NCBI GenBank assembly: GCA_964016885.1
Contig: OZ024745.1
Location: 93,000,001-93,064,000 of the forward strand
DNA from: Eledone cirrhosa
Lineage: Eukaryota
Length of the DNA stretch: 64,000 nucleotides
Direction of reading: 5' to 3'
Shown: in pieces, positions 1 to 12,596 of the stretch
How the letters are laid out: every line of letters begins with the position of its first letter
Position numbering within the stretch: the stretch's first letter is position 1
Made by a program: the position numbers and the translations under genes
The notes under the pieces: model-generated
Databases searched by the model: none
What the model saw: only the letters and a program-made list of their open reading frames with translations
What the model was told of the DNA's origin: nothing

Positions 1-135
1 CTCTCTCTCTCATCACCCTCTCTCTCTCTCTCTCTCATCACAAGCTCTCTCTCTCTCTCTCATTGTCTCTCTCAGCCTCTCTTTCTCCCTCTCTTCAACC
101 ATCCACTCTTTCTCTCTCTTCAGCCACTCTCTCCC
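1..135. repeat. Imperfect (CT)n microsatellite
   Basis: Interrupted ctctct runs. Confidence 0.9.
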
Positions 136-583
136 CCCTCCCCACCCACTCTCTCCTTTTCTTCACATACACTTACACACATACTTACAAACACACACAC
201 GCATCAGTTGGGCTTAGTTCCTCTTCACCCCACCCCACTCATATCCAATAACCTTATATTTTTTCAGGTCATATCATTTTAGGATGATCATCATCATCAT
301 TCATTAAAGAAATCAAAAAAATCAAAAAACCAACTAAAATAATTCTGAAGAAGAATATATACATATATACATACATATAAACATATATATATATACACAT
401 ACATATATACATATACACATAGATACATACAAGCATGTGTATGGAAACACACGCACAAAGACAAGTATGTAGATATAAAAATATGGATATAATCTATTGC
501 ATGTATAGATATTAATACACACACATATATATATATATATATATATGTGTGTGTATGTATGTATATAAATATATATATACATA

Positions 584-629
584 ATGCTAGCGTGGAAAAT
601 GGACATTAAACGAAGATGATGATGATGAT
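584..629 (+). mobile_element. Extremely 5'-truncated RTE 3' tail (~45 bp)
   Basis: atgctagcgtggaaaatggacattaaacgaagatgatgatgat matches the 3' end of the long RTE at ~55960-55998; flanked by (TA)n. Confidence 0.75.
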
Positions 630-819
630 ACATACACATATATATATATATTAAAGAGTTAAACAAGATTCAATGAGTAAATCAAAGAATGAGTTTTACA
701 GTAGATTGGAAGCACTCTATGGAAAAATAATTTTCCAGAGTTATTAATATTAAAATACGAATATTAATAAAATAGATGTTCTTTTGAATCATTTAACATC
801 TCAGGGTATGTCATGTATC

Positions 820-882
820 ATTATATTTTGTCTGATGAGGACGTACTGTTGTACATCCGAAATATGTATAATAAAATGTAAT
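820..882 (+). ncRNA. Type I hammerhead ribozyme (minimal, Penelope/retrozyme-type)
   Basis: Stem I attatattttgt (820-831)/ataaaatgtaat (871-882); CTGATGA 832-838; stem II ggacgtac-tgtt-gtacatcc (one mismatch); GAAA 859-862; near-palindromic tatgta; UH = TA 869-870. Confidence 0.85.
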
Positions 883-898
883 TGATCAAAAGAACATC

Positions 899-943
<45 letters not shown>

Positions 944-954
944 TATATATATAT

Positions 955-1560
955 GGTGGCTGCCAACTCGTTTTCGAGTACGGTCACTACTTTATATCCA
1001 TGTAGGAGAACCCCTACCGATGCGCTGAACGAGTGTGACATTTTAGTCCAGCCAGCGACTTGAAAACTCTGGTACAAACACTACACTTGTGACAATTATT
1101 GACACATAGTGCTGGGCCCATGGTACCATGTGACGACAAGTGTAGAGAGATCTCCAGATATAAAGCAATGCCTGTGCCGTGAAGCTTTTATAGTGAGCAA
1201 AGGCTCTGCACAAAGCCAGTCCCACTCTCTTAACCAAGATGATATTTACCAAAAAGAAGAACAAGTCAACATCATTGGATACCATCAGAGTTGCAGGTGT
1301 TATATCAGAGTTTTCCTTCTCCTAGAATTCTGCCTTGACAAAGGCTAAGGGCTCATCTCTCCCGGTGATTTTGGATGGCCATTGACTCTTAAGAGCTCCT
1401 TTGCCCTTTGACAGATTTTGTTTTTAGTCCTGCAGGATGTCCAAAGTCACCCTCCTCACCAAGAAACCTTGGTGGGGTTGCCAGTTTAGTCGCCAACACC
1501 CGACCATGGGACAGGTTGTACTGGGATACATGTTACCAGTAGCACCAACTGGTGACCTGA
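955..1560 (-). mobile_element. Probable non-LTR retrotransposon 5' UTR fragment
   Basis: Non-coding island of higher GC between (TA)n tracts; minus-strand ggcagaattctaggagaaggaaaactctga resembles RTE-type 5' UTRs from recall only. Confidence 0.3.
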
Positions 1561-1597
1561 CATACATATATATACATACATACATACACACATATAT

Positions 1598-3468
1598 ATC
1601 ATCATCAGCATCGTTTAGCGTCCATCTTCCATGTTAGCATGGGTCTGGACGGGAATTGTCCCACTTGAGGCAAGATTGGTTGTCTTGCTCAGAACTGTCT
1701 GGCAGATTTTCTACGGCTGGATGCTCTTCCTAACACCAACCACGTTTACAGTGTGGACTGGGAGGTTTTTATCATGTTACCTACACGCCCACATTACAGC
1801 GTGGACTGTGTGTTTTTTGTTGTGACACCTACACGACCTCATTTATTTAGGACTGGATGTTGTGGTACCAACATAGCTTTACAATCAAAAGGGGTGGTGT
1901 AGATGGCGGTGGGGGTAGGGGTAGTGGGACGGGGGTGTATATTTGGTTAAGAGGTGCCTACTGACTGTAGGTTTCACTTTGTACATAGGCAAGGAGGGTC
2001 TTCTGTATTACTGCGTAGCGCCAAAGATCTCGGTCCAGTGACATTGTCTTAGAGAGGTGCAAGTGTGTAAGGTCGGAATTTATCAGATCGTCCCAGGTTT
2101 TTCTGGGTCTACCTACTCCTTAACTACCATCAATTTTGATTGCCCTGCACTTTTTTATACAGCTGTTGTCTTTCATGCGCATCACATGACCATACCAACA
2201 TAGTCTTCTCTCAAGTAAACAGCATCTGATCCCTCTTATTCCTAATTTCTCACTTAGTTCATTTATGCTTTGCCATTCGCGTATATTACTATTAGACATC
2301 CAACGGAGCATGCATGCTTCGTTCCTCTCCAGTCTATGTAGGTCCTCTGCACACAAAGCCCATGTCTCACTGCCATGTAATATTGCTGTTCGTATACAAG
2401 CATCATACAATCTGCCTTTCATTTTTAGAGAGAAACCTTTTGTGGCCAACAGCAGTATAAGCTCTCTGAACTTTTTCCATCCCGTTCTGACTCTGGCTAC
2501 TGTACTTTCAGAACACCCTCCACCACTGCTGATTTCGTCACCCAGGTAACAGAAAGTGTCTATTATTTCTATAGAACCAACTGTGGACACTTATTTCTAT
2601 AGAACCATCTGTGGACACTTGCTACCTATTGCACCTGAGCATCGGCTACATATAAAGTCTACGTTCTTAGATAGTTTACCTGTGATCCCACTACATCTTT
2701 TATGTACCCATACTTTGCATTTGGGACATAAAATTGAATTTCTGCCTACTCCTTTCCTACACACTGAGCATGGCCATTTCCCTGAGGGTACCTGTGCCTT
2801 ATTTTCCTTTTTACAAACTAGGACTTTAGTCTTAGACAAGTTAACTTTAAGGCCTTTTGATACTAGGTCATGCTTCCATGTTTGGAATTTCTTTTCTAGT
2901 TCAGCCATTGATTCGGCTATGAGCATTTGATCATCTGCATATAGGAGTTCCCATGGGCAGCTGGTCTTGAACTCCTCTGTTATAGCCTGAAGGGCAATAA
3001 TAAATAGGAGGGGGCTAAGGACTGAGCCCTGATGAACTTATACACTAAATTCTTCACAATATTCATTGTTAATTCTAACCTTACTGACTGTTTCATTATA
3101 CATAGCTTCTATAGCTCTCACAAGCCATTCATCTACACCTAGTTTTCTAAGAGCCCACCATATAATGGAGTGGGGGACTCTGTCAAAAGCTTTTTCCAGG
3201 TCTACAAAAGCTAAGTAGAGGGGTTTACTTTTAGCTAGGTACTTCTCTTGTAGTTGTCGTACAAGGAAAAGAGCGTCTGTTGTACTTTTACCTGACACAA
3301 ACCCAAACTGCATTTCATCTAGATCAATTGACTCTCTGATTAGTTGCGCTATAACTCTTTCTGTGACCTTCATGACCTGGTCGTAGCAGTTAATGATGAT
3401 GCTGCTACGCCAGTCTTTTGGTATGACCCCATTCTGTATTACTTGGTTAACTATACTTGGTTAACTAT
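1598..3468 (-). mobile_element. 5'-truncated, degenerate RTE LINE (RT, C4HC3 finger, C-terminus, 3' UTR)
   Basis: ORF pieces 3038-3373 (QFGF..STTDA..FVDLEKAFDRV), 2597-2926 and 2120-2590 are highly similar to 54250-55620; (GAT)n tail at ~1598; frameshifts and a deletion. Confidence 0.95.
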
Positions 3469-3486
3469 ACATATATATACATACAT

Positions 3487-3537
<51 letters not shown>

Positions 3538-3636
3538 CATACACACACATATATATACATACATACACATATATATACACACATACACATATATATATAC
3601 ATACATACATACACATATATATACATACATACACAC

Positions 3637-4556
<920 letters not shown>

Positions 4557-4576
4557 ACATATATATATATATATAT

Positions 4577-4609
<33 letters not shown>

Positions 4610-4711
4610 CATACATATATATATATATATACATAATGTAGATAAATCTACCAAGAGTTTACGGTAGTGTCCAATCCGTATGAAGAACTCAATGTATATA
4701 TATACTCAATT

Positions 4712-5850
<1,139 letters not shown>

Positions 5851-6317
5851 TGCAGATATATATTTGCCACTTTATAATTTAAGTCCGTCACACATAAACA
5901 CCACACCAATTACAAAACAGATTGTATGTATACATAATCTTATTTCAGGTGCATTTATGTGTATGGACATACATACATATATAATTATATACACACATAC
6001 ATATATACATACATATATATCAAAAGAGGGAGAGGTAGGGGGTAAATACATGTATCTGCATAGATTTAGAACTCTGTATATATACATGCACGTGTGTGTG
6101 TATGTATTAGTATATATACACACATATATATATTTTTGTGTGTGTGTGTATATATATATGTGTATATATATATATGTGTGTGTGTGTGTGGATATACATA
6201 TATATATATGTATATATACACACACACATATATATATATAATAATCATCCTATTATATAATAATAATAAACAAACACATGCATGCACACACACAGACACA
6301 CATAAGCAGATACATAT

Positions 6318-6482
6318 TGGCATGTGGTTGAGTAGTTCATTTTGCTGCCATGTGGTTCTGTTTAATAGGTTCAATGCCCCTACCTAGCAACCTTAGGTAT
6401 GTGTCTAGCAGAATAGCCTCATGTTGAACACAGCCTTGTGAATTAAATTTGGTAGATGGAATGTATATAGAAGCCCGGCATA
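6318..6482 (+). mobile_element. Degenerate tRNA-derived SINE (Octopus-like family)
   Basis: B-box-like ggttcaatgccc; gccttgtgaattaaatttggtagatggaa..agaagccc ending resembles a common octopus SINE (recall). Confidence 0.6.
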
Positions 6483-6490
6483 TATATCAT

Positions 6491-7007
6491 AATGTAAGTA
6501 TGTGTGTATACGTACATACATATATGTATACAGACGTACAGTAGCATGCATATATATATATATATATACATACAGGTACACATACATATATGCACGCATC
6601 AGTTTAGCCGACGTTTATTATAACGCCGGCCGCTTTGTTCGTTTGTAAACAAACTGAACAGCCTGAATTTTTATGCCGTACGGTGTTAAGGCAACCACGT
6701 CACCTTTTTGTTCAACACTGACACAGGAACGATGTACTAGTTTCAAGCTTGTTAGCTATCATCAGCACCGTATACCCATCTGCCAGATAGTTGAACGTTC
6801 GAAAGTATATACTTTCCTTATGAAAATTAACGGCTGAGCAGCCTAATTTGCATATCGAGTGAGTTCAGTCGGCCAGGCGCACCGAAAACGATAAGTTGAA
6901 ATAAAATGAAAACGAAATTTCATTTCTCACTCTTAGTACGGCACTTACTTAAATGTAAGTATGTGTGTATACGTACATACATATATGTATACAGACGTAC
7001 AGTAGCA

Positions 7008-7055
<48 letters not shown>

Positions 7056-7360
7056 CAGGTACACATACATATATGCACGTATCAGTTTAGCGGACGCTTA
7101 TTATAACGCCGCTTTGTTCGTTTGTAAACAAACTGAACAGCCTGAATTTTTATGCCGTACGGTGTTAAGGCAACCACGTCACCTTTTTGTTCAACACTGA
7201 ACTCACTCGATATACAAATTAGGCTGCTCAGCCGTTAATTTTCTTAAGGAAAGTATATACTTTCGAACGTTCAACCATCTGGCAGAAGGGTATACGGTGC
7301 TGACGATAGCTAACAAGCTTGAAACTAGTGCATCGTTCCTGTGTCAGTGTTGAACAAAAA
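6491..7360. repeat. Two adjacent copies of an unclassified ~450-bp element; the second is internally inverted
   Basis: 6491-6720 matches 6952-7200; 7196-7360 is the reverse complement of ~6704-6869. Confidence 0.85.
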
Positions 7361-7413
7361 TATATATATATACATATACATATATATAAATATATACATA
7401 TACATATATATAA

Positions 7414-7488
<75 letters not shown>

Positions 7489-7543
7489 TCATCATCATCA
7501 TCATCATCATCATTTTACGTCCGCTTTTCCCTGCTTGCAAGGG
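7489..7543 (-). mobile_element. Short RTE-type 3' tail
   Basis: (CAT)n followed by tttacgtccgcttttccctgcttgcaaggg, matching the other RTE tails. Confidence 0.7.
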
Positions 7544-7549
7544 TATATA

Positions 7550-7638
<89 letters not shown>

Positions 7639-7755
7639 TACCTGTATGTTTTGTGAAGGGAACATTTCCAGGAACCAAAGTATTGTCTTCCTGCCTTCCT
7701 TCGGTTGCAACGTTTTTTGAAATATTTACTTCTGCGTTCACAGATTGACTTTTTT

Positions 7756-7806
7756 AGTTTCAGAAGAACCCATTAAAGGTGAAAGCACCGATTCTTTGCT
7801 TAAACT
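7756..7806 (+). ncRNA. Candidate type I hammerhead with a variant core (CAGAAGA)
   Basis: Stem I agttt/aaact; CAGAAGA; stem II acc-cattaaa-ggt; GAAA; stem III agca-9nt-tgct; H17 = U. Confidence 0.5.
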
Positions 7807-8079
7807 TTAATCTGTTATTTTAATATATATATATATATATATTTAATATATATATACATATTTAATATATATATATATAAGTATAGAAATTATTGTAGCA
7901 AGAACCCAACAGTATTCCAAAATATATAAGTGACCATAGCGTCAAAATGGAAAAATAGTTAACGTAAGATGTGGGAAAATAATTCAAACTCAATTCAAAA
8001 AGAATCAGGATATAGATTCATCCACAGAATTTGGTGAAATCCAGGGAAAAATCAATAGAGCCTTAACTCAGAATAAAAT

Positions 8080-8165
<86 letters not shown>

Positions 8166-8190
8166 CATATATATATATATATATAAATAC

Positions 8191-8269
<79 letters not shown>

Positions 8270-8302
8270 TATACATATATATATATATATACATATATAT
8301 AC

Positions 8303-8393
<91 letters not shown>

Positions 8394-8433
8394 TATATAT
8401 ATATAAAAGTTTTGTTCTACAATATTACTCACC

Positions 8434-8499
<66 letters not shown>

Positions 8500-8501
<2 letters not shown>

Positions 8502-8873
8502 GTAAGTATGTATGTATACGTACATACATATGTATACAGACGTACAGTAGTATGTATATATATACATACATGCACACATGTATATGTACGTATGGGTTTA
8601 CCGAACATTTATTATAATGCTCGGTTTGTTTGTAAACAAACAGCCCGAATTACGCCGTACAGTGTTCAGGCAACGATCGTCATCTTTTTGTTCAACACTG
8701 ACACAGGAACGATGTACTAGTTTCAAGCTTATTAGCTATCGTCAGCATCGTATACCTTTCTGTCAGATGGTTGAACGTCTGAGAGTACATACTGTCCTTA
8801 TGCATATTAACGGCTGAGTAGCCTAATTTACCGTACTAAGAGTGAGAAATGAAATTTCGTTTCATTCTTTTCC

Positions 8874-8875
<2 letters not shown>
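8500..8875. repeat. Third, diverged copy of the 6491 element
   Basis: Shares gttcaacactgacacaggaacgatgtactagtttcaagctt; its terminal ~40 bp is inverted relative to copy 1. Confidence 0.85.
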
Positions 8876-8939
<64 letters not shown>

Positions 8940-8969
8940 AAATTAAAAGATGGCTAAAAAGGTTCCATG

Positions 8970-9040
8970 TATTTTATTATGCACATTTCAAAAACAAATA
9001 TCATCATGGGATGATATTTGCGTTTTCATCAGATAAAATA
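8970..9040 (-). ncRNA. Type I hammerhead ribozyme at the PLE 3' end
   Basis: Minus strand reads tattttat-CTGATGA-aaacg caaatatcatc ccat gatgatatttg ttttt-GAAA-tgtgca-TA-ataaaata; perfect 8-bp stem I and 11-bp core of stem II. Confidence 0.88.
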
Positions 9041-9969
9041 GGGAGACATGATATGAAGCTTAAAAAACACTTGCGAGCAGTGAAGTGTTAAATCAAGATA
9101 TGAAAAATAAAATAAGATGGATATATGAGATTGGGAAAAAAAAGGAATGGAAGGAGGGAAGGAAAAGGTAAGGAAGAGGAGGAAAGAATATAAGAAAAAA
9201 AATATATACAATAATAAGGAAAGGACGACGGAGGAGGAGTATAAGAAGGAAGGATGAGAAAGGAGGAAAAAATGAGTGAGAGAGAGAGAGATAACCTTTA
9301 ATACTGAGAAACACTGTCTCACAGAGAAAAATAAAAAAAAAAACGTTGTAAGATAATACATAATTTAAAAAATTAAGAAATTAAAAGTTAATGAGGTTTA
9401 TGAATGGTGATGCTTATGATTAAAGAAAAAGGAATTAAGAATACTATTTATTTAAGGTTTATATATTGAAGGGTTTAATAAGATGTACGAAAAGGAATTT
9501 ATTAAAATGTATTATTAAAATAAAATATATTAAGAAGATAAGGTTAAATGAATTATGAACTTAGAGGAATTAATTAGGGTCCAAGTTTGTTTCTATATAT
9601 TATAATAGGAAAAAGTAAATAATAGATTTAATACGAGCATGGAAGGAGAGAAGAAAGAAAAAATATATAACGTCAAAAAAATATGTTTACAAAATTTCTC
9701 TAATGGTAGTATTAGTATATATTAAAAATAAAAATTTGTATGGCCAAGAATATAAGTGAGTTATAAGATGAATTAAGAAGTAATTGAGAAGTAAAAGTTG
9801 CAGATTAAAGATTAGAAATTAAAAAAGAAAAAAATTAGGGGACCGCCAACGACATAGTATGAGTAATATTGTATAATATACTGAAATAAGGTAGAAAGGT
9901 GGGTATATTTGTAAAAAATATAAAAACGTTTGAGAAAAAAAGATTTTAAACTTATTAGGTAGTAAGATA

Positions 9970-11038
9970 TTAGCTGTATACTTTATGGAAAGTTCTATCT
10001 GATTTATGTAAGCAGAGCGAAAATAAATCCATACGTCTATTTATTATAGAATTAAAATTAGAGATAATGGTAAATTTCTCCGCTAGGCAGAGATTACATG
10101 TTCTGGATATGGAAGAATTAAGGTAAGGAGAGGCGTTGCAAACCTTTCTCCAAGAAATGTTGTATTTAATATTTTTGTCCGTTAAGGACCATATGAGTTC
10201 TGAGAGTGCTGTGTTTGTTCTTTTAAGTTGGTATTTAAAAGAAGAATTGTGATTATAAAATCTTGCTTTAAAGGAAGTGGAAGTGGAACCAAAATAGGTA
10301 AAAGAATTAGTACCAGTTATAACCTTACATTCATACACTAAATTTTTATCAAGACATTGGTTACTAAGAGGACATTTAGTTCTAATAGGGCAATTGCAAT
10401 TACGATTAGAGAAATTACCAGAGTTATTAGCAAGTGACCCAGTATTATTTATAGAAGGAATTGAATTGGAGAAGTTACTTACGATAGGTGCTAAAGTTTT
10501 TTTGATTTAGATTGGTATTATGAACATTCGACAAAGTTACGTTTGACGTCGTATTTAAATTTACGGAATCTAGCATTGACGTCGGGTTTACTATTGTTAT
10601 TATTATGACGCTCAGTGTTGGATGGATATAATTTATTACTTAATATTTTAATATTATGTTTTGAGATAATGTTAGAGATGTTGGAAGTGGTGGAATAAGA
10701 GAATTTAATTGTATGCTTATTAAAGATCTTACTATAAATATGTGAAGGAGGGATGCATTTATCTAAGGCCCTGAAAAATAGTTTAGGAATATTACTAATA
10801 ATAGATAGAGAAAAAGGAGCGTTGTACCAAATCATATTTTTATATCTAGGTCTTTTCTTTATGCTATTGAAATGCTTATAACTAACTATATTACTATAAG
10901 TTCCTCCATGATTGGTTTCTTTAGTGTATTTAATTTTGTCAGGATAACCGGCTCTGGAAAGCGCATTATTGTAATAATTGGCTTTAGCGTCAAAGATAAG
11001 TTTATTAAAAGATAGATTTGAGATTCTTTTTTCAACCT
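9970..11038 (-). pseudogene. PLE ORF remnant: RT C-terminus/linker, Zn finger, GIY-YIG endonuclease (frameshifted)
   Basis: KRISNLS..YNNALSRAGY; IWYNAPFS..IFNKHTIKFSYS; CNCPIRTKCPLSNQC; VYECKV..YFGSTSTSFKARFYNH..TALSELIW..CNLCLAEK. Frame changes between the 10835 and 10338 ORFs. Confidence 0.88.
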
Positions 11039-11043
11039 CCTAC

Positions 11044-11075
<32 letters not shown>

Positions 11076-11341
11076 TTGTGTATGTATTTCTTCTCGCGAG
11101 TCAGTTCTTTCGTTGCTACAGAACATGCGGCTGAATTGCCGGTTGCTATCTTCAATTTGCAAAGCCCTTTAAACTGTATGTTATTACTCTGAGGTCTTTA
11201 CCTTGTCGGGTGCTTGGCTGCACTTCTGAAGGTATTCGTCGGCTTAGCTGCGGCTCGAGCATCGAATATGCCGTTCTTTCATTTGTGTATATATATATAT
11301 ATATATTGGAAAATGTGTGTAATCCTTGGTACAGTTAGGTA

Positions 11342-11448
11342 GAAATGGCTTCTACAAGATTAGAACTGTTTCATTTGAAGGAAATCATCAAGGCTTCCCT
11401 AATGATTTCCTTCGAATGAAACGGGTCTATTCCTGTAGAAGCCATTTC
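11342..11448. repeat. Fold-back inverted repeat (~46-bp arms)
   Basis: aaatggcttctacaagattag..gaaggaaatcat / atgatttccttc..ctattcctgtagaagccattt. Confidence 0.85.
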
Positions 11449-11528
11449 CATATTAAATTTGTTATATACACTTTACTAATGTATTGATTACCTGACTTAC
11501 TGGGGTTACCCCCGATTGAACCCGGGAT

Positions 11529-11569
<41 letters not shown>

Positions 11570-11663
11570 TGTTCTCTCTCTCTCTCTCTCTCTCTCTCAC
11601 GCACAATTAGACAATACCTTGGTTTGTACCAGTGGAAATCTGTTTGTATTTATATATCTTTAA

Positions 11664-11862
11664 ACCTTTAGCTTTTAAACTGGTCGTATCCAGCCAGAAT
11701 TCTCTCACCTCTTTGTGTTCAAACAGGCTGTAACCAGCTGTTCATACTGATGTTAAGGTATTGTTCTCAAATTAAATAATATCAAAATTTCATAGATTCG
11801 ATGTTATGTGAGGTAAAGTCTTTACTGTGAAAATACAATAGTGTAATGGAAATGCTAAAGGG
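11664..11862. mobile_element. piggyBac-type MITE
   Basis: TTAA-acctttagc ... gctaaaggg-TTAA termini. Confidence 0.7.
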
Positions 11863-12239
11863 TTAAGTGCATGTGTTTAGGTGTATATCAATGTGTTGGA
11901 CTAAGCTGTATATTAGTGCGTTGAACTTAACTTGTTGAGTTACGTCCCTTTAGTATCTTTAATTGGAGTTCGTTATTTAGTTATGTCCCTTTGGTCTGAA
12001 CTTCAAGAAATATATTTTAAAAGATTAGTACGAGATGAAGAACTGAGCTGGAATTAATTGATTTAAACTTTGCAAGTGGGAGGATAGGGTAGTGGCCAGC
12101 AAATACAGTATATTGTTATTAATAATTTAGCGTTAAAAAATATATATTGCTACCAATAATATCATTTAAAAGATCGCAGAAGATAATCACGTTTATGTAA
12201 ATATACCGCGGTTTCCATGAACAGTTATTAGTTAGGTTG

Positions 12240-12289
12240 TAAGGAAAATTCCGCAAATAACCGGGACCACGAATGCCACGGGTTCACTG
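12240..12289 (-). mobile_element. Possible pogo/Tigger-like TIR fragment
   Basis: Reverse complement reads TA-cagtgaacccgtggcattcgtgg; no partner TIR found. Confidence 0.3.
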
Positions 12290-12596
12290 TATGTATATAT
12301 ATATATATATATATATTGTTTAGCAAGATTCTTTATCTGAAAACGTGTGTTCAAACCGATATTGTTATGCTTTGGGAGGGTCATGTTGCCAATAAAAAAC
12401 ACATGCACCACATGTTTCACTTCAATTTATTATAAATTTAGGAATTTATAAATTTCCGGTTGGTTGGTTGGTTCCACAACCAGACAATTGTTCATATATT
12501 GTCCAAGTTCTTTCGTCACACATTCTGTGACCTCTTCACTGACTGGGGATTCTTTTCTTTGTTTTTGTGCCTCTCCTTTGTTCTGTCCTACGCCAA

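Larger units (their letters stand above)
8940..11040 (-). mobile_element. 5'-truncated Penelope-like element (Neptune-like) with long 3' region and hammerhead
   Basis: RT thumb/linker, Cys finger and GIY-YIG remnant at 9970-11038; ~1-kb AT-rich 3' region ending in a hammerhead; bounded by (TA)n on both sides. Confidence 0.85.

Noticed and set aside
4654-4690. Hairpin gagtttacgg..ccgtatgaagaactc in a small island
   Set aside because: No complete ribozyme or other motif recognised.
6322-6338. Resemblance of the SINE head (atgtggttgagtagttca) to the minus strand of the 24-bp satellite
   Set aside because: Short, gapped and low-complexity; insufficient to claim origin.
11100-11156. Minus-strand TTGAAGA...GAAAGAACT hammerhead-like spacing
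   Set aside because: Stem II arms are direct (tagcaac x2), not complementary.
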